Of a stretch of DNA of 64,000 nucleotides, positions 13,916 through 24,800 are shown one piece after another. Position 1 is the stretch's first letter; each line of letters starts with the position of its first letter. Under the pieces are notes generated by a model. The model did not search any database. It had not been told where the DNA came from and saw nothing but the letters and a program-made list of their open reading frames with translations. The stretch is taken from contig OZ059895.1 of NCBI GenBank assembly GCA_964057225.1, forward strand, positions 4,836,001 to 4,900,000, read 5' to 3'. This DNA comes from Auanema rhodensis (Eukaryota; Animalia; Nematoda). The position numbers were made by a program, and so were the translations under genes.

Positions 13916-14994
13916 GTTAAAGAAAATAAGGAGTCCTGGAAAGAGCGTCTCTTGCAATAGTGTTTGAAGAAGGTGCTTTCCGAGGCCCAGTTAGCTGCGT
14001 CTAAGATAGTTTTGACAGGCAGTCCATTCTTAAAAGCTTTGGACGTAGCGGCAGCACGTACTGAGTGAGCTTTGAATTTTGTGGGGATTCCCGCTTCTTC
14101 TAGGCAAGTTCTAATCCAACCCGCTACCGTAGTTGCGACTACTGGTTCTCCTCTGTTAATGCTAACTAGAAGGTTTCGCGATCGACGAGTATGCATGGTA
14201 GCCGTCAGGTAGGCATTTATGCAATCAATGGGGCAGACAAGAGGGCGTTCTGAATGGCTTTCGAAACAAGCTTCGCGGGGAGGGCCCTTGCCCCTATTCT
14301 TGTTCCTGAATTCGATGAAGAAGGTAACCCCTCGTGTGTCAAAGCGCATATGGTCGAGTGATAGCGCCGATAGTTCCGATGCTCGTTTAGGGGAGCACAT
14401 AGCTAAGAGGGTAGCTAGCTTGCGGGTTAGACAGTCTAAGGACAGCGAATCGTTAGGACCTAGACTTTCTAGGTGAGCCAAGACCGTAGAAGGGTCCCAG
14501 ATATCCATGTATCTAGCGTGTGGAGGCTTGGAACGATATATCCCGCGGAGAAGCTTTTTTAACATCGGATCGTCCCGGAGTGGGGGAGTTACGGAATAGT
14601 GTTCAGCGAGAAGGCAGAGAGCCGCCCTTGCTGTAGCAGCTGAGGAAAAACCGTTGTTCTCTGCTCGATGGGCTAAGAAATTGGCAACATTTTTTGCATT
14701 GGGGATGAACTCGATCTGGGATAGCTTGCAATAATTCTCCCAAGCTTTGTAAGCCGTGTTATATTGTTTTCGGGTACCAGGAGCGAAAGCGTTTACCAAT
14801 AGTAGTTTGGTCTGGTCCGATATTCCTTCTATGTTGGCGGTGAAATCCTCCACGCCGCCAGGAAAAAATTTCTTGTCCCCAGGAGGGGGTGAGAGTTGCC
14901 TTTCTTGTCTTGGAGAAGGCTGGGATGATGGAGGCTCATTGGGGGTTCCTGGACTAGTTGGGACAGAAGGGGAAACCAGATCTGGCTTTTCCAA
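13909..14994 (-). CDS. Tyrosine recombinase (phage-integrase family) of the DIRS element
   Basis: Catalytic set R (SPKRASEL), HxxR (AHSVR), W (ANWAS) and Y (FKHY), preceded by a core-binding-like domain. The listed start is TTG. The frame is open from 15201 and overlaps the pol C-terminus, so the true start is uncertain. Confidence 0.92.
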   Translation of the reverse strand: MEKPDLVSPSVPTSPGTPNEPPSSQPSPRQERQLSPPPGDKKFFPGGVEDFTANIEGISDQTKLLLVNAFAPGTRKQYNTAYKAWENYCKLSQIEFIPNAKNVANFLAHRAENNGFSSAATARAALCLLAEHYSVTPPLRDDPMLKKLLRGIYRSKPPHARYMDIWDPSTVLAHLESLGPNDSLSLDCLTRKLATLLAMCSPKRASELSALSLDHMRFDTRGVTFFIEFRNKNRGKGPPREACFESHSERPLVCPIDCINAYLTATMHTRRSRNLLVSINRGEPVVATTVAGWIRTCLEEAGIPTKFKAHSVRAAATSKAFKNGLPVKTILDAANWASESTFFKHYCKRRSFQDSLFSLTS

Positions 14995-16541
14995 AGTGGA
15001 GCGATCAGGATGGCCTGTCGTCCTGAGTCTGCCAACTTGTTGATGGTCCTCTTGAGGAGGTGGAAGGGCGGGAAGACGAAGAGAAGTCCTTGCGGCAGCA
15101 GTTTCCAGTTGTGAGAGAAGGCGTCTACGCAGAATGCGTTCTCGTCTAGAAGGAAAGAGCAGTAAAGTGGTGCCTTTGCGTTCCAGGAGGATGCAAAAAG
15201 ATCAAATGTAGGGGTACCGAATCTTTGGAAAATACTCGCAGTCGTCTCCGGATGGAGGGACCAATCTTCGTGAAGGCATCTACCCCTGGAGAGTTGGTCT
15301 GCGATGTGATTCAGTCTGCCGGCGATGTGCGTTGCTCTGACTCGGATATTGCGCTCCCTGCAGAAGTGCCAGAGCTTACGGGCTATTTCCGAACCTCGTT
15401 CTGAGGCCGAGCCACCCCGCCTGTTGATGTAAGTTATCGCCGATGTGTTATCGATTAACAGTAACACGTCAATATTGCACCACTCAGTGCCGAAATGGAC
15501 CAGGGCTTTGAAGGCCGCAATAAGTTCCAACCAGTTTATGTGATAAGCATATTTCTCCTCGATTGACCATTTCCCTGAGATAGTGTTGCCTTCCCATGAT
15601 GCTCCATATCCTTCACCGGAGGCGTCCGATGTAATGGACAGGGATGGAGAGAAGGGTACAAGTGAACTCGGGGAGCCTAGTGTGCAAGATTCTTCTGATA
15701 GGAAGGCACGTAAGGTATCCCGAAGGTCTCCTACAATAGAGACCTGAGCGGGAAGCTCGTTGGGGTCGTTTAGGTTGGGAAAACCTATGTCTCGTAAATC
15801 TCTTTGAGTTTGTCTAACCCAAAAGGAAAAATGTGGGTGTACCACAGTGGCGAAGTTGATTCTCCCGAGGAGGGAGGCCAGTTTCCGGAGTGGGGAGGCC
15901 TGGGATCTGAGAAGGACCGACAGGGAGGTGCTTATAGCCTCCCGTTTCTCTGTTGGCAGGCGCCATTCAAGTGAGCGCGTGTCTATTTCTAAACCTAGAA
16001 AATCGAGCGATTGGGTAGGGCTTAAGATGGATTTAAGCATGTTAATAGAGAAACCCGCGTCACGGAATAGATCTATAGCACGAGACGCATGATCGGCCAC
16101 TCTTGTGGCTGACCTGTCTAGAAAAAGCCAGTCGTCAAGGTAGTTGATTAGGCGAATTCCCTGATCCCTGAGGAGCGCTGCAAGCACCCTCATCAGCTTA
16201 TGAAACACGTATGGGGCTGCGTTTAGGCCGAAAGGAAGGACGCAGAACACGTATGATCTGCCCTCTATATCAAAGCCCAGGTAGGGTTGATGTTCTATTG
16301 CCACAGGGATAGAATGATAGGCCGACTGGAAGTCCACCTTGCATAACCAATCATTGCGTTGCAACACCGATGGGAGGTCCCTAACGGATTCCAGCTTGAA
16401 CCGGGGTGTCTCTATGAAGGTGTTAAGCGTCTTCAAGTTGAGGATAAAGCGGCTGGACCCATCGGACTTGGGTACTAGAAAAGTAGAGAACCGGAAGATC
16501 CTTTCCCCAGGTCTAGCCGGTCTGATTGCCCCCGTCTCCAA
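14829..16541 (-). CDS. pol: DIRS Pol: reverse transcriptase - RNase H - adenine-methyltransferase-like domain
   Basis: RT motifs LPFGL and YLDD. RNase H motifs SDAS, LELIA, IDN and ADQLSR. C-terminal DLFAS...DAF...W...FPPF domain. The listed start is TTG. The frame is open from 16820 and includes the DIRS-like N-terminal AGAL...W...GYRLPF segment. Confidence 0.95.
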   Translation of the reverse strand: METGAIRPARPGERIFRFSTFLVPKSDGSSRFILNLKTLNTFIETPRFKLESVRDLPSVLQRNDWLCKVDFQSAYHSIPVAIEHQPYLGFDIEGRSYVFCVLPFGLNAAPYVFHKLMRVLAALLRDQGIRLINYLDDWLFLDRSATRVADHASRAIDLFRDAGFSINMLKSILSPTQSLDFLGLEIDTRSLEWRLPTEKREAISTSLSVLLRSQASPLRKLASLLGRINFATVVHPHFSFWVRQTQRDLRDIGFPNLNDPNELPAQVSIVGDLRDTLRAFLSEESCTLGSPSSLVPFSPSLSITSDASGEGYGASWEGNTISGKWSIEEKYAYHINWLELIAAFKALVHFGTEWCNIDVLLLIDNTSAITYINRRGGSASERGSEIARKLWHFCRERNIRVRATHIAGRLNHIADQLSRGRCLHEDWSLHPETTASIFQRFGTPTFDLFASSWNAKAPLYCSFLLDENAFCVDAFSHNWKLLPQGLLFVFPPFHLLKRTINKLADSGRQAILIAPLWKSQIWFPLLSQLVQEPPMSLHHPSLLQDKKGNSHPLLGTRNFFLAAWRISPPT

Positions 16542-16726
16542 AAGCTCCGCAAGGAGAGGGTTAGCCGGAAGGGATTGCGGTAACGATGTCAGATTTGACA
16601 GAAGGCGCTTAGGTTTACTCCCTGCGAAAGGGAGGCGGTAGCCTTTTACCGTCTGAAGGATATCCTGGTCTTTAGAGAGGGAACCCCAAAAGTCTAGGTG
16701 GGACGAAAGAGCACCTGCTATAGGAG

Positions 16727-17680
16727 TTAGCCTTGTGGATGGGTCGTGTTGATGGTCCCGATCGTTGGTTCGATGACGGTCTTGGACGTTGATGATCTCG
16801 GGAACTTGGTTCTTGAGTTTCTAGAGAGTTCAGAGAAAGCCGAGATTTCTGCCCTTAGCTTCTTTCCGAAGAGTTCCGGGACTGAGTCCTGAGAATAAAG
16901 ATTAATAGACGTTGGTCGCTTATGGCATCCTACCTCCTGAGAGTTGTCGAGAGACATGGTAGAACCGTAGAGCGGGGCCCTTTTGTAGCTAGGCATAGCC
17001 TTGATGGGCTGAGAGTACTTCATTTTAAGAAGTGCGATCTCTCTGAGGTGAGTATAATCCGTCTTGATATTGGCGCTGAGGAATCTTTCTGTCACGTTGA
17101 TGTATGCCTGTTGTTTGGAGGAAAGTGGAGACTTGTTATCGATCTTCGCAAGTTTCCTGATGATCCGTAGGCCGGCGAGCGCATTGAGCGTGTTCTCGTA
17201 AGAGGCCCTGATGTCAGCCTCGCTGATCTTCACTGATGGCTTGACTGAGCTGTCCACGTGGGTGGTGTATTTCTCATCCAGGCATGGTAGACGGGCGAAT
17301 GGAGAATCGAGTATTGGGAGCTCAGATAAGATGTCGGCTCTTTCAGTGTGCGTCATGGAGCAACCGGAGGCAAGACGCTCGAAGTCGGCAAGTTCGGAAC
17401 CGGAGAGGCGGACTACAGGCCTGGTTCTAGGTCCTTGAGATTCTGGTGGCATGGGCACGAAGTCGTCCTCGTCCGAGGAGTCATGTCGAACTTGATCGAG
17501 TTCTTCATGGGAGTTTTCCGAGTGATCGCCTTGGGTTGAGTCCGTAGGTGTGAGACGGCCATCGCGTCGTGAAGATTCCAAAGAGCCGTCTGATGAGATC
17601 GAGACGGATGAGCGGCCTCTTTTCGGGGCAGGCTCATGATCAGGGGCTTGTCCCTTCTTGGTAGTGCGAGCAGGGGCCAT
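16727..17680 (-). CDS. gag: Putative Gag-like ORF1 of the DIRS element (317 aa from first ATG, MAPARTT...)
   Basis: First ORF after the 5' ITR, with a basic/Ser-rich then acidic N-terminus. Assigned by position only. The C-terminus differs from copy 2 because of a 5-bp indel. Confidence 0.72.
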   Translation of the reverse strand: MAPARTTKKGQAPDHEPAPKRGRSSVSISSDGSLESSRRDGRLTPTDSTQGDHSENSHEELDQVRHDSSDEDDFVPMPPESQGPRTRPVVRLSGSELADFERLASGCSMTHTERADILSELPILDSPFARLPCLDEKYTTHVDSSVKPSVKISEADIRASYENTLNALAGLRIIRKLAKIDNKSPLSSKQQAYINVTERFLSANIKTDYTHLREIALLKMKYSQPIKAMPSYKRAPLYGSTMSLDNSQEVGCHKRPTSINLYSQDSVPELFGKKLRAEISAFSELSRNSRTKFPRSSTSKTVIEPTIGTINTTHPQG

Positions 17681-17710
17681 AGCGACCAACCGTGAGGCTC
17701 GAAACAAAAA

Positions 17711-17870
17711 TATGAAGTGTTTTACTGATAGAATTGACTTGAGAACCCGGTTCCCGCCAATACTTAAAGCCCGCCTTTCCCACGGTCTTATTACCCTATT
17801 CAAAAAAAATTTTTTTTTTGTAACGTGAGGTCAATGTAAACAATATAGCTAACAGTCGAATAAATATAAT
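17711..17870 (-). repeat. DIRS 5' (left) ITR
   Basis: Inverted copy of 13492-13651. Ends ...CGAATAAATATAAT, joined directly to satellite GATGCATTAG. Confidence 0.93.
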
Positions 17871-19669
17871 GATGCATTAGTGTATGTTGAGTTTCCATGT
17901 ACACTCAACATTGCTTCCAAAAACATTTTGACAAAAATGTTTTCGAAAAATTTCAAAATAATTTAGCAAAAAGTAGATGTTTTTAGATTCTTTTTTTCAA
18001 GGCAAAGACGATGGACAATGTTATTCAACGAAAAAATTAATTCTTCAGGGTGAAAATCGAGGATATAAGTGTGAACTTATATCAGTTGATATCTCGGTGC
18101 ATTTTTAAGCTAGCGCAAATCTGATAACACAGATCGACGCAGCTTAAAAATCCGCATCGAATGCACTATACTACATTGAGAAACGCTCAATACAAAAATT
18201 AGTTATGATCGTTTGAAAAATGATGCATTAGTGTATGTTGAGTTTCCATGTACACTCAACATTGCTTCCAAAAACATTTTGACAAAAATTTTTTCGAAAA
18301 ATTTCAGAATAATTTAGCAAAAAGTAGATGTTTTTAGATTCTTTTTTTCAAGGCAAAGACGATGGACAATGTTTTTCAACGAAAAAATTAATTCTTCAGG
18401 GTGAAAATCGAGGATATAAGTGTGAACTTATATCAGTTGATATCTCGGTGCATTTTCAAGCTAGCGCAAATCTGATAACACAGATCGACGCAGCTTAAAA
18501 ATCCGCATCGAATGCACTATACTTCATTGAGAAACGCTTAATACAAAAATTAGTTATGATCGTTTGAAAAATGATGCATTAGTGTATGTTGAGTTTCCAT
18601 GTACACTCAACATTGCTTCCAAAAACATTTTGACAAAAATTTTTTCGAAAAATTTCAGAATAATTTAGCAAAAAGTAGATGTTTTTAGATTCTTTTTTTC
18701 AAGGCAAAGACGATGGACAATGTTTTTCAACGAAAAAATTAATTCTTCAGGGTGAAAATCGAGGATATAAGTGTGAACTTATATCAGTTGATATCTCGGT
18801 GCATTTTCAAGCTAGCGCAAATCTGATAACACAGATCGACGCAGCTTAAAAATCCGCATCGAATGCACTATACTTCATTGAGAAACGCTTAATACAAAAA
18901 TTAGTTATGATCGTTTGAAAAATGATGCATTAGTGTATGTTGAGTTTCCATGTACACTCAACATTGCTTCCAAAAACATTTTGACAAAAATGTTTTCGAA
19001 AAATTTCAAAATAATTTAGCAAAAAGTAGATGTTTTTAGATTTCTTTTTTCAAGGCAAAGACGATGGACAATGTTATTCAACGAAAAAATTAATTCTTCA
19101 GGGTGAAAATCGAGGATATAAGTGTGAACTTATATCAGTTGATATCTCGGTGCATTTTTAAGCTAGCGCAAATCTGATAACACAGATCGACGCAGCTTAA
19201 AAATCCGCATCGAATGCACTATACTACATTGAGAAACGCTTAATACAAAACTTGGTTATGATCGTTTGAAAAATGATGCATTAGTGTATGTTGAGTTTCC
19301 ATGTACACTCAACATTGCTTCCAAAAACATTTTGACAAAAATGTTTTCGAAAAATTTCAAAATAATTTAGCAAAAAGTAGATGTTTTTAGATTCTTTTTT
19401 TCAAGGCAAAGACGATGGACAATGTTATTCAACGAAAAAATTAATTCTTCAGGGTGAAAATCGAGGATATAAGTGTGAACTTATATCAGTTGATATCTCG
19501 GTGCATTTTCAAGCTAGCGCAAATCTGATAACACAGATCGACGCAGCTTAAAAATCCGCATCGAATGCACTATACTACATTGAGAAACGCTTAATACAAA
19601 ACTTGGTTATGATCGTTTGAAAAATGATGCATTAGTGTATGTTGAGTTTCCATGTACACTCAACATTGC

Positions 19670-20051
19670 GTTACATATTGTTTCTTCCCGTCTTTTCATG
19701 GTCGGAAGATATATGTACTTCTACCTTGTTCCTTAGGTAGGCAGACCCGAACGCCCCGATTTCCTTATTAAGACAAATACTTGAAGAGAAAAAGATTCAT
19801 TATCAGATAACAAGAAAATACAATATAAGAATTACATTAAGAAAGAATATAAAGAGATCTAATAAAGTATTAAATAGAGTATATATATATAGATGATATA
19901 GAGATGAGACTCACATGGCTATAAGACAACCTATCTGGGTTAGGCCAGAAGCAAGAGTGCCATGTGTGTCCCATGTTGTGGGCGGGGCTTGTTCAGGCTC
20001 CCGCTATTTGAATAGCGCGCACATGTTTACCATGTGCTTGCAGATGTGACA
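19670..20051 (-). mobile_element. Solo LTR (382 bp) of an LTR retrotransposon, with target-site duplication
   Basis: Non-satellite block flanked by ATTGC direct repeats (19665-19669, 20052-20056). Termini GTTACAT...ATGTGACA form an imperfect inverted repeat, with one terminal T missing or changed. A TATA-like (TA)n run near 19880 and a minus-strand AATGAA near 19795 suggest minus orientation (tentative). Confidence 0.8.
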
Positions 20052-21460
20052 ATTGCTTCCAAAAACATTTTGACAAAAATTTTTTCGAAAAATTTAAAAA
20101 TAATTTAGCAAAAAGTAGATGTTTTTAGATTCTTTTTTTCAAGGCAAAGACGATGGACAATGTTATTCAACGAAAAAAATAATTCTTCAGGGTGAAAATC
20201 GAGGTTATAAGTGTGAACTTATATCAGTTGATATCTCGGTGCATTTTCAAGCTAGCGCAAATCTGATAACACAGATCGACGCAGCTTAAAAATCCGCATC
20301 GAATGCACTATACTTCTTTGAGAAACGCTTAATACAAAAATTAGTTATGATCGTTTGAAAAATGATGCATTAGTGTATGTTGAGTTTCCATGTACACTCA
20401 ACATTGCTTCCAAAAACATTTTGACAAAAATTTTTTCGAAAAATTTAAAAATAATTTAGCAAAAAGTAGATGTTTTTAGATTCCTTTTTTCAAGGCAAAG
20501 ACGATGGACAATGTTATTCAACGAAAAAAATAATTCTTCAGGGTGAAAATCGAGGTTATAAGTGTGAACTTATATCAGTTGATATCTCGATGCATTTTCA
20601 AGCTAGCGCAAATCTGATAACACAGATCGACGCAGCTTAAAAATCCGCATCGAATGCACTATACTACATTGAGAAACGCTTAATACAAAAATTAGTTATG
20701 ATCGTTTGAAAAATGATGCATTAGTGTATGTTGAGTTTCCATGTACACTCAACATTGCTTCCAAAAACATTTTGACAAAAATTTTTTCGAAAAATTTCAA
20801 AATAATTTAGCAAAAAGTAGATGTTTTTAGATTTCATTTTTCAAGGCAAAGACAATGGACAATGTTATTCAACGAAAAAATTAATTCTTCAGGGTGAAAA
20901 TCGAGGATATAAGTGTGAACTTATATCAGTTGATATCTCGGTGCATTTTCAAGCTAGCGCAAATCTGATAACACAGATCGACGCAGCTTAAAAATCCGCA
21001 TCGAATGCACTATACTTCTTTGAGAAACGCTTAATACAAAAATTAGTTATGATCGTTTGAAAAATGATGCATTAGTGTATGTTGAGTTTCCATGTACACT
21101 CAACATTGCTTCCAAAAACATTTTGACAAAAATTTTTTCGAAAAATTTCAGAATAATTTAGCAAAAAGTAGATGTTTTTAGATTCCTTTTTTCAAGGCAA
21201 AGACGATGGACAATGCTATTCAACGAAAAAATTAATTCTTCAGGGTGAAAATCGAGGTTATAAGTGTGAACTTATATCAGTTGATATCTCGGTGCATTTT
21301 CAAGCTAGCGCAAATCTGATAACACAGATCGACGCAGCTTAAAAATCCGCATCGAATGCACTATACTACATTGAGAAACGCTTAATACAAAACTTGGTTA
21401 TGATCGTTTGAAAAATGATGCATTAGTGTATGTTGAGTTTCCATGTACACTCAACATTGC

Positions 21461-21842
21461 GTTACATATTGTTTCTTCCCGTCTTTTCATGGTCGGAAGA
21501 TATATGTACTTCTACCTTGTTCCTTAGGTAGGCAGACCCGAACGCCCCGATTTCCTTATTAAGACAAATACTTAAAGAGAAAAAGATTCATTATCAGATA
21601 ACAAGAAAATACAATATAAGAATTACATTAAGAAAGAATATAAAGAGATCTAATAAAGTATTAAATAGAGTATATATATATAGATGATATAGAGATGAGA
21701 CTCACATGGCTATAAGACAACCTATCTGGGTTAGGCCAGAAGCAAGAGTGCCATGTGTGTCCCATGTTGTGGGCGGGGCTTGTTCAGGCTCCCGCTATTT
21801 GAATAGCGCGCACATGTTTACCATGTGCTTGCAGATGTGACA
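21461..21842 (-). mobile_element. Solo LTR, duplicate of 19670-20051
   Basis: Same length, same ATTGC TSD and same monomer position. One visible SNP (CTTGAAG vs CTTAAAG). Offset 1791 = 4x351 + 387. Confidence 0.8.
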
Positions 21843-24800
21843 ATTGCTTCCAAAAACATTTTGACAAAAATTTTTTCGAAAAATTTAAAAATAATTTAGC
21901 AAAAAGTAGATGTTTTTAGATTCTTTTTTTCAAGGCAAAGACGATGGACAATGTTATTCAACGAAAAAAATAATTCTTCAGGGTGAAAATCGAGGTTATA
22001 AGTGTGAACTTATATCAGTTGATATCTCGGTGCATTTTCAAGCTAGCGCAAATCTGATAACACAGATCGACGCAGCTTAAAAATCCGCATCGAATGCACT
22101 ATACTTCTTTGAGAAACGCTTAATACAAAAATTAGTTATGATCGTTTGAAAAATGATGCATTAGTGTATGTTGAGTTTCCATGTACACTCAACATTGCTT
22201 CCAAAAACATTTTGACAAAAATTTTTTCGAAAAATTTAAAAATAATTTAGCAAAAAGTAGATGTTTTTAGATTCCTTTTTTCAAGGCAAAGACGATGGAC
22301 AATGTTATTCAACGAAAAAAATAATTCTTCAGGGTGAAAATCGAGGTTATAAGTGTGAACTTATATCAGTTGATATCTCGATGCATTTTCAAGCTAGCGC
22401 AAATCTGATAACACAGATCGACGCAGCTTAAAAATCCGCATCGAATGCACTATACTACATTGAGAAACGCTTAATACAAAAATTAGTTATGATCGTTTGA
22501 AAAATGATGCATTAGTGTATGTTGAGTTTCCATGTACACTCAACATTGCTTCCAAAAACATTTTGACAAAAATTTTTTCGAAAAATTTCAAAATAATTTA
22601 GCAAAAAGTAGATGTTTTTAGATTCTTTTTTTCAAGGCAAAGACGATGGACAATGTTATTCAACGAAAAAAATAATTCTTCAGGGTGAAAATCGAGGTTA
22701 TAAGTGTGAACTTATATCAGTTGATATCTCGGTGCATTTTCAAGCTAGCGCAAATCTGATAACACAGATCGACGCAGCTTAAAAATCCGCATCGAATGCA
22801 CTATACTTCTTTGAGAAACGCTTAATACAAAAATTAGTTATGATCGTTTGAAAAATGATGCATTAGTGTATGTTGAGTTTCCATGTACACTCAACATTGC
22901 TTCCAAAAACATTTTGACAAAAATTTTTTCGAAAAATTTAGAAATAATTTAGCAAAAAGTAGATGTTTTTAGATTCTTTTTTTCAAGGCAAAGACGATGG
23001 ACAATGTTATTCAACGAAAAAATTAATTCTTCAGGGTGAAAATCGAGGTTATAAGTGTGAACTTATATCAGTTGATATCTCGGTGCATTTTCAAGCTAGC
23101 GCAAATCTGATAACACAGATCGACGCAGCTTAAAAATCCGCATCGAATGCACTATACTTCTTTGAGAAACGCTTAATACAAAAATTAGTTATGATCGTTT
23201 GAAAAATGATGCATTAGTGTATGTTGAGTTTCCATGTACACTCAACATTGCTTCCAAAAACATTTTGACAAAAATTTTTTCGAAAAATTTAGAAATAATT
23301 TAGCAAAAAGTAGATGTTTTTAGATTCTTTTTTTCAAGGCAAAGACGATGGACAATGTTATTCAACGAAAAAATTAATTCTTCAGGGTGAAAATCGAGGT
23401 TATAAGTGTGAACTTATATCAGTTGATATCTCGGTGCATTTTCAAGCTAGCGCAAATCTGATAACACAGATCGATGCAGCTTAAAAATCCGCATCGAATG
23501 CACTATACTTCATTGAGAAACGCTTAATACAAAAATTAGTTATGATCGTTTGAAAAATGATGCATTAGTGTATGTTGAGTTTCCATGTACACTAAACATT
23601 GCTTCCAAAAACATTTTGACAAAAATTTTTTCGAAAAATTTCAAAATAATTTAGCAAAAAGTAGATGTTTTTAGATTCTTTTTTTCAAGGCAAAGACGAT
23701 GGACAATGTTATTCAACGAAAAAATTAATTCTTCAGGGTGAAAATCGAGGATATAAGTGTGAACATATATCAGTTGATATCTCGGTGCATTTTCAAGCTA
23801 GCGCAAATCTGATAACACAGATCGACGCAGCTTAAAAATCCGCATCGAATGCACTATACTACATTGAGAAACGCTTAATACAAAAATTAGTTATGATCGT
23901 TTGAAAAATGATGCATTAGTGTATGTTGAGTTTCCATGTACACTCAACATTGCTTCCAAAAACATTTTGACAAAAATTTTTTCGAAAAATTTCAAAATAA
24001 TTTAGCAAAAAGTAGATGTTTTTAGATTCTTTTTTTCAAGGCAAAGACGATGGACAATGTTATTCAACGAAAAAAATAATTCTTCAGGGTGAAAATCGAG
24101 GTTATAAGTGTGAACTTATATCAGTTGATATCTCGGTGCATTTTCAAGCTAGCGCAAATCTGATAACACAGATCGACGCAGCTTAAAAATCCGCATCGAA
24201 TGCACTATACTTCTTTGAGAAACGCTTAATACAAAAATTAGTTATGATCGTTTGAAAAATGATGCATTAGTGTATGTTGAGTTTCCATGTACACTCAACA
24301 TTGCTTCCAAAAACATTTTGACAAAAATTTTTTCGAAAAATTTAGAAATAATTTAGCAAAAAGTAGATGTTTTTAGATTCTTTTTTTCAAGGCAAAGACG
24401 ATGGACAATGTTATTCAACGAAAAAATTAATTCTTCAGGGTGAAAATCGAGGTTATAAGTGTGAACTTATATCAGTTGATATCTCGGTGCATTTTCAAGC
24501 TAGCGCAAATCTGATAACACAGATCGACGCAGCTTAAAAATCCGCATCGAATGCACTATACTTCTTTGAGAAACGCTTAATACAAAAATTAGTTATGATC
24601 GTTTGAAAAATGATGCATTAGTGTATGTTGAGTTTCCATGTACACTCAACATTGCTTCCAAAAACATTTTGACAAAAATTTTTTCGAAAAATTTAGAAAT
24701 AATTTAGCAAAAAGTAGATGTTTTTAGATTCTTTTTTTCAAGGCAAAGACGATGGACAATGTTATTCAACGAAAAAATTAATTCTTCAGGGTGAAAATCG

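Larger units (their letters stand above)
13457..17870 (-). mobile_element. Full-length DIRS-type tyrosine-recombinase retrotransposon (copy 1, ~4.4 kb)
   Basis: Overlapping gag / RT-RH-MT / YR ORFs on the minus strand, ~160 bp inverted terminal repeats, a 35-nt 3' extension and an internal complementary region. No TSD beyond a shared AAT core: GAAAAAT|AGAA at the left, TATAAT|GATGC at the right. The satellite resumes in register. Confidence 0.96.

Noticed and set aside
13909-16541. Prokaryotic prophage integrase, retron or DGR system
   Set aside because: The RT-RH-MT plus YR with ITR/ICR layout is diagnostic of eukaryotic DIRS elements, and the context is satellite DNA and LTR elements.
14219-17637. 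Short plus-strand and alternate-frame ORFs in the DIRS copies (also 50293-53019)
   Set aside because: Shadows of real ORFs in GC-richer DNA; no motifs.
17681-17803. 41-aa N-terminal extension of DIRS gag in the ORF track
   Set aside because: Starts at a TTG inside the ITR; the first ATG is at 17680.
19670-20051. Solo LTR belonging to the gypsy element at 52977
   Set aside because: No alignable identity with 52977-53321 beyond generic layout; a different family.
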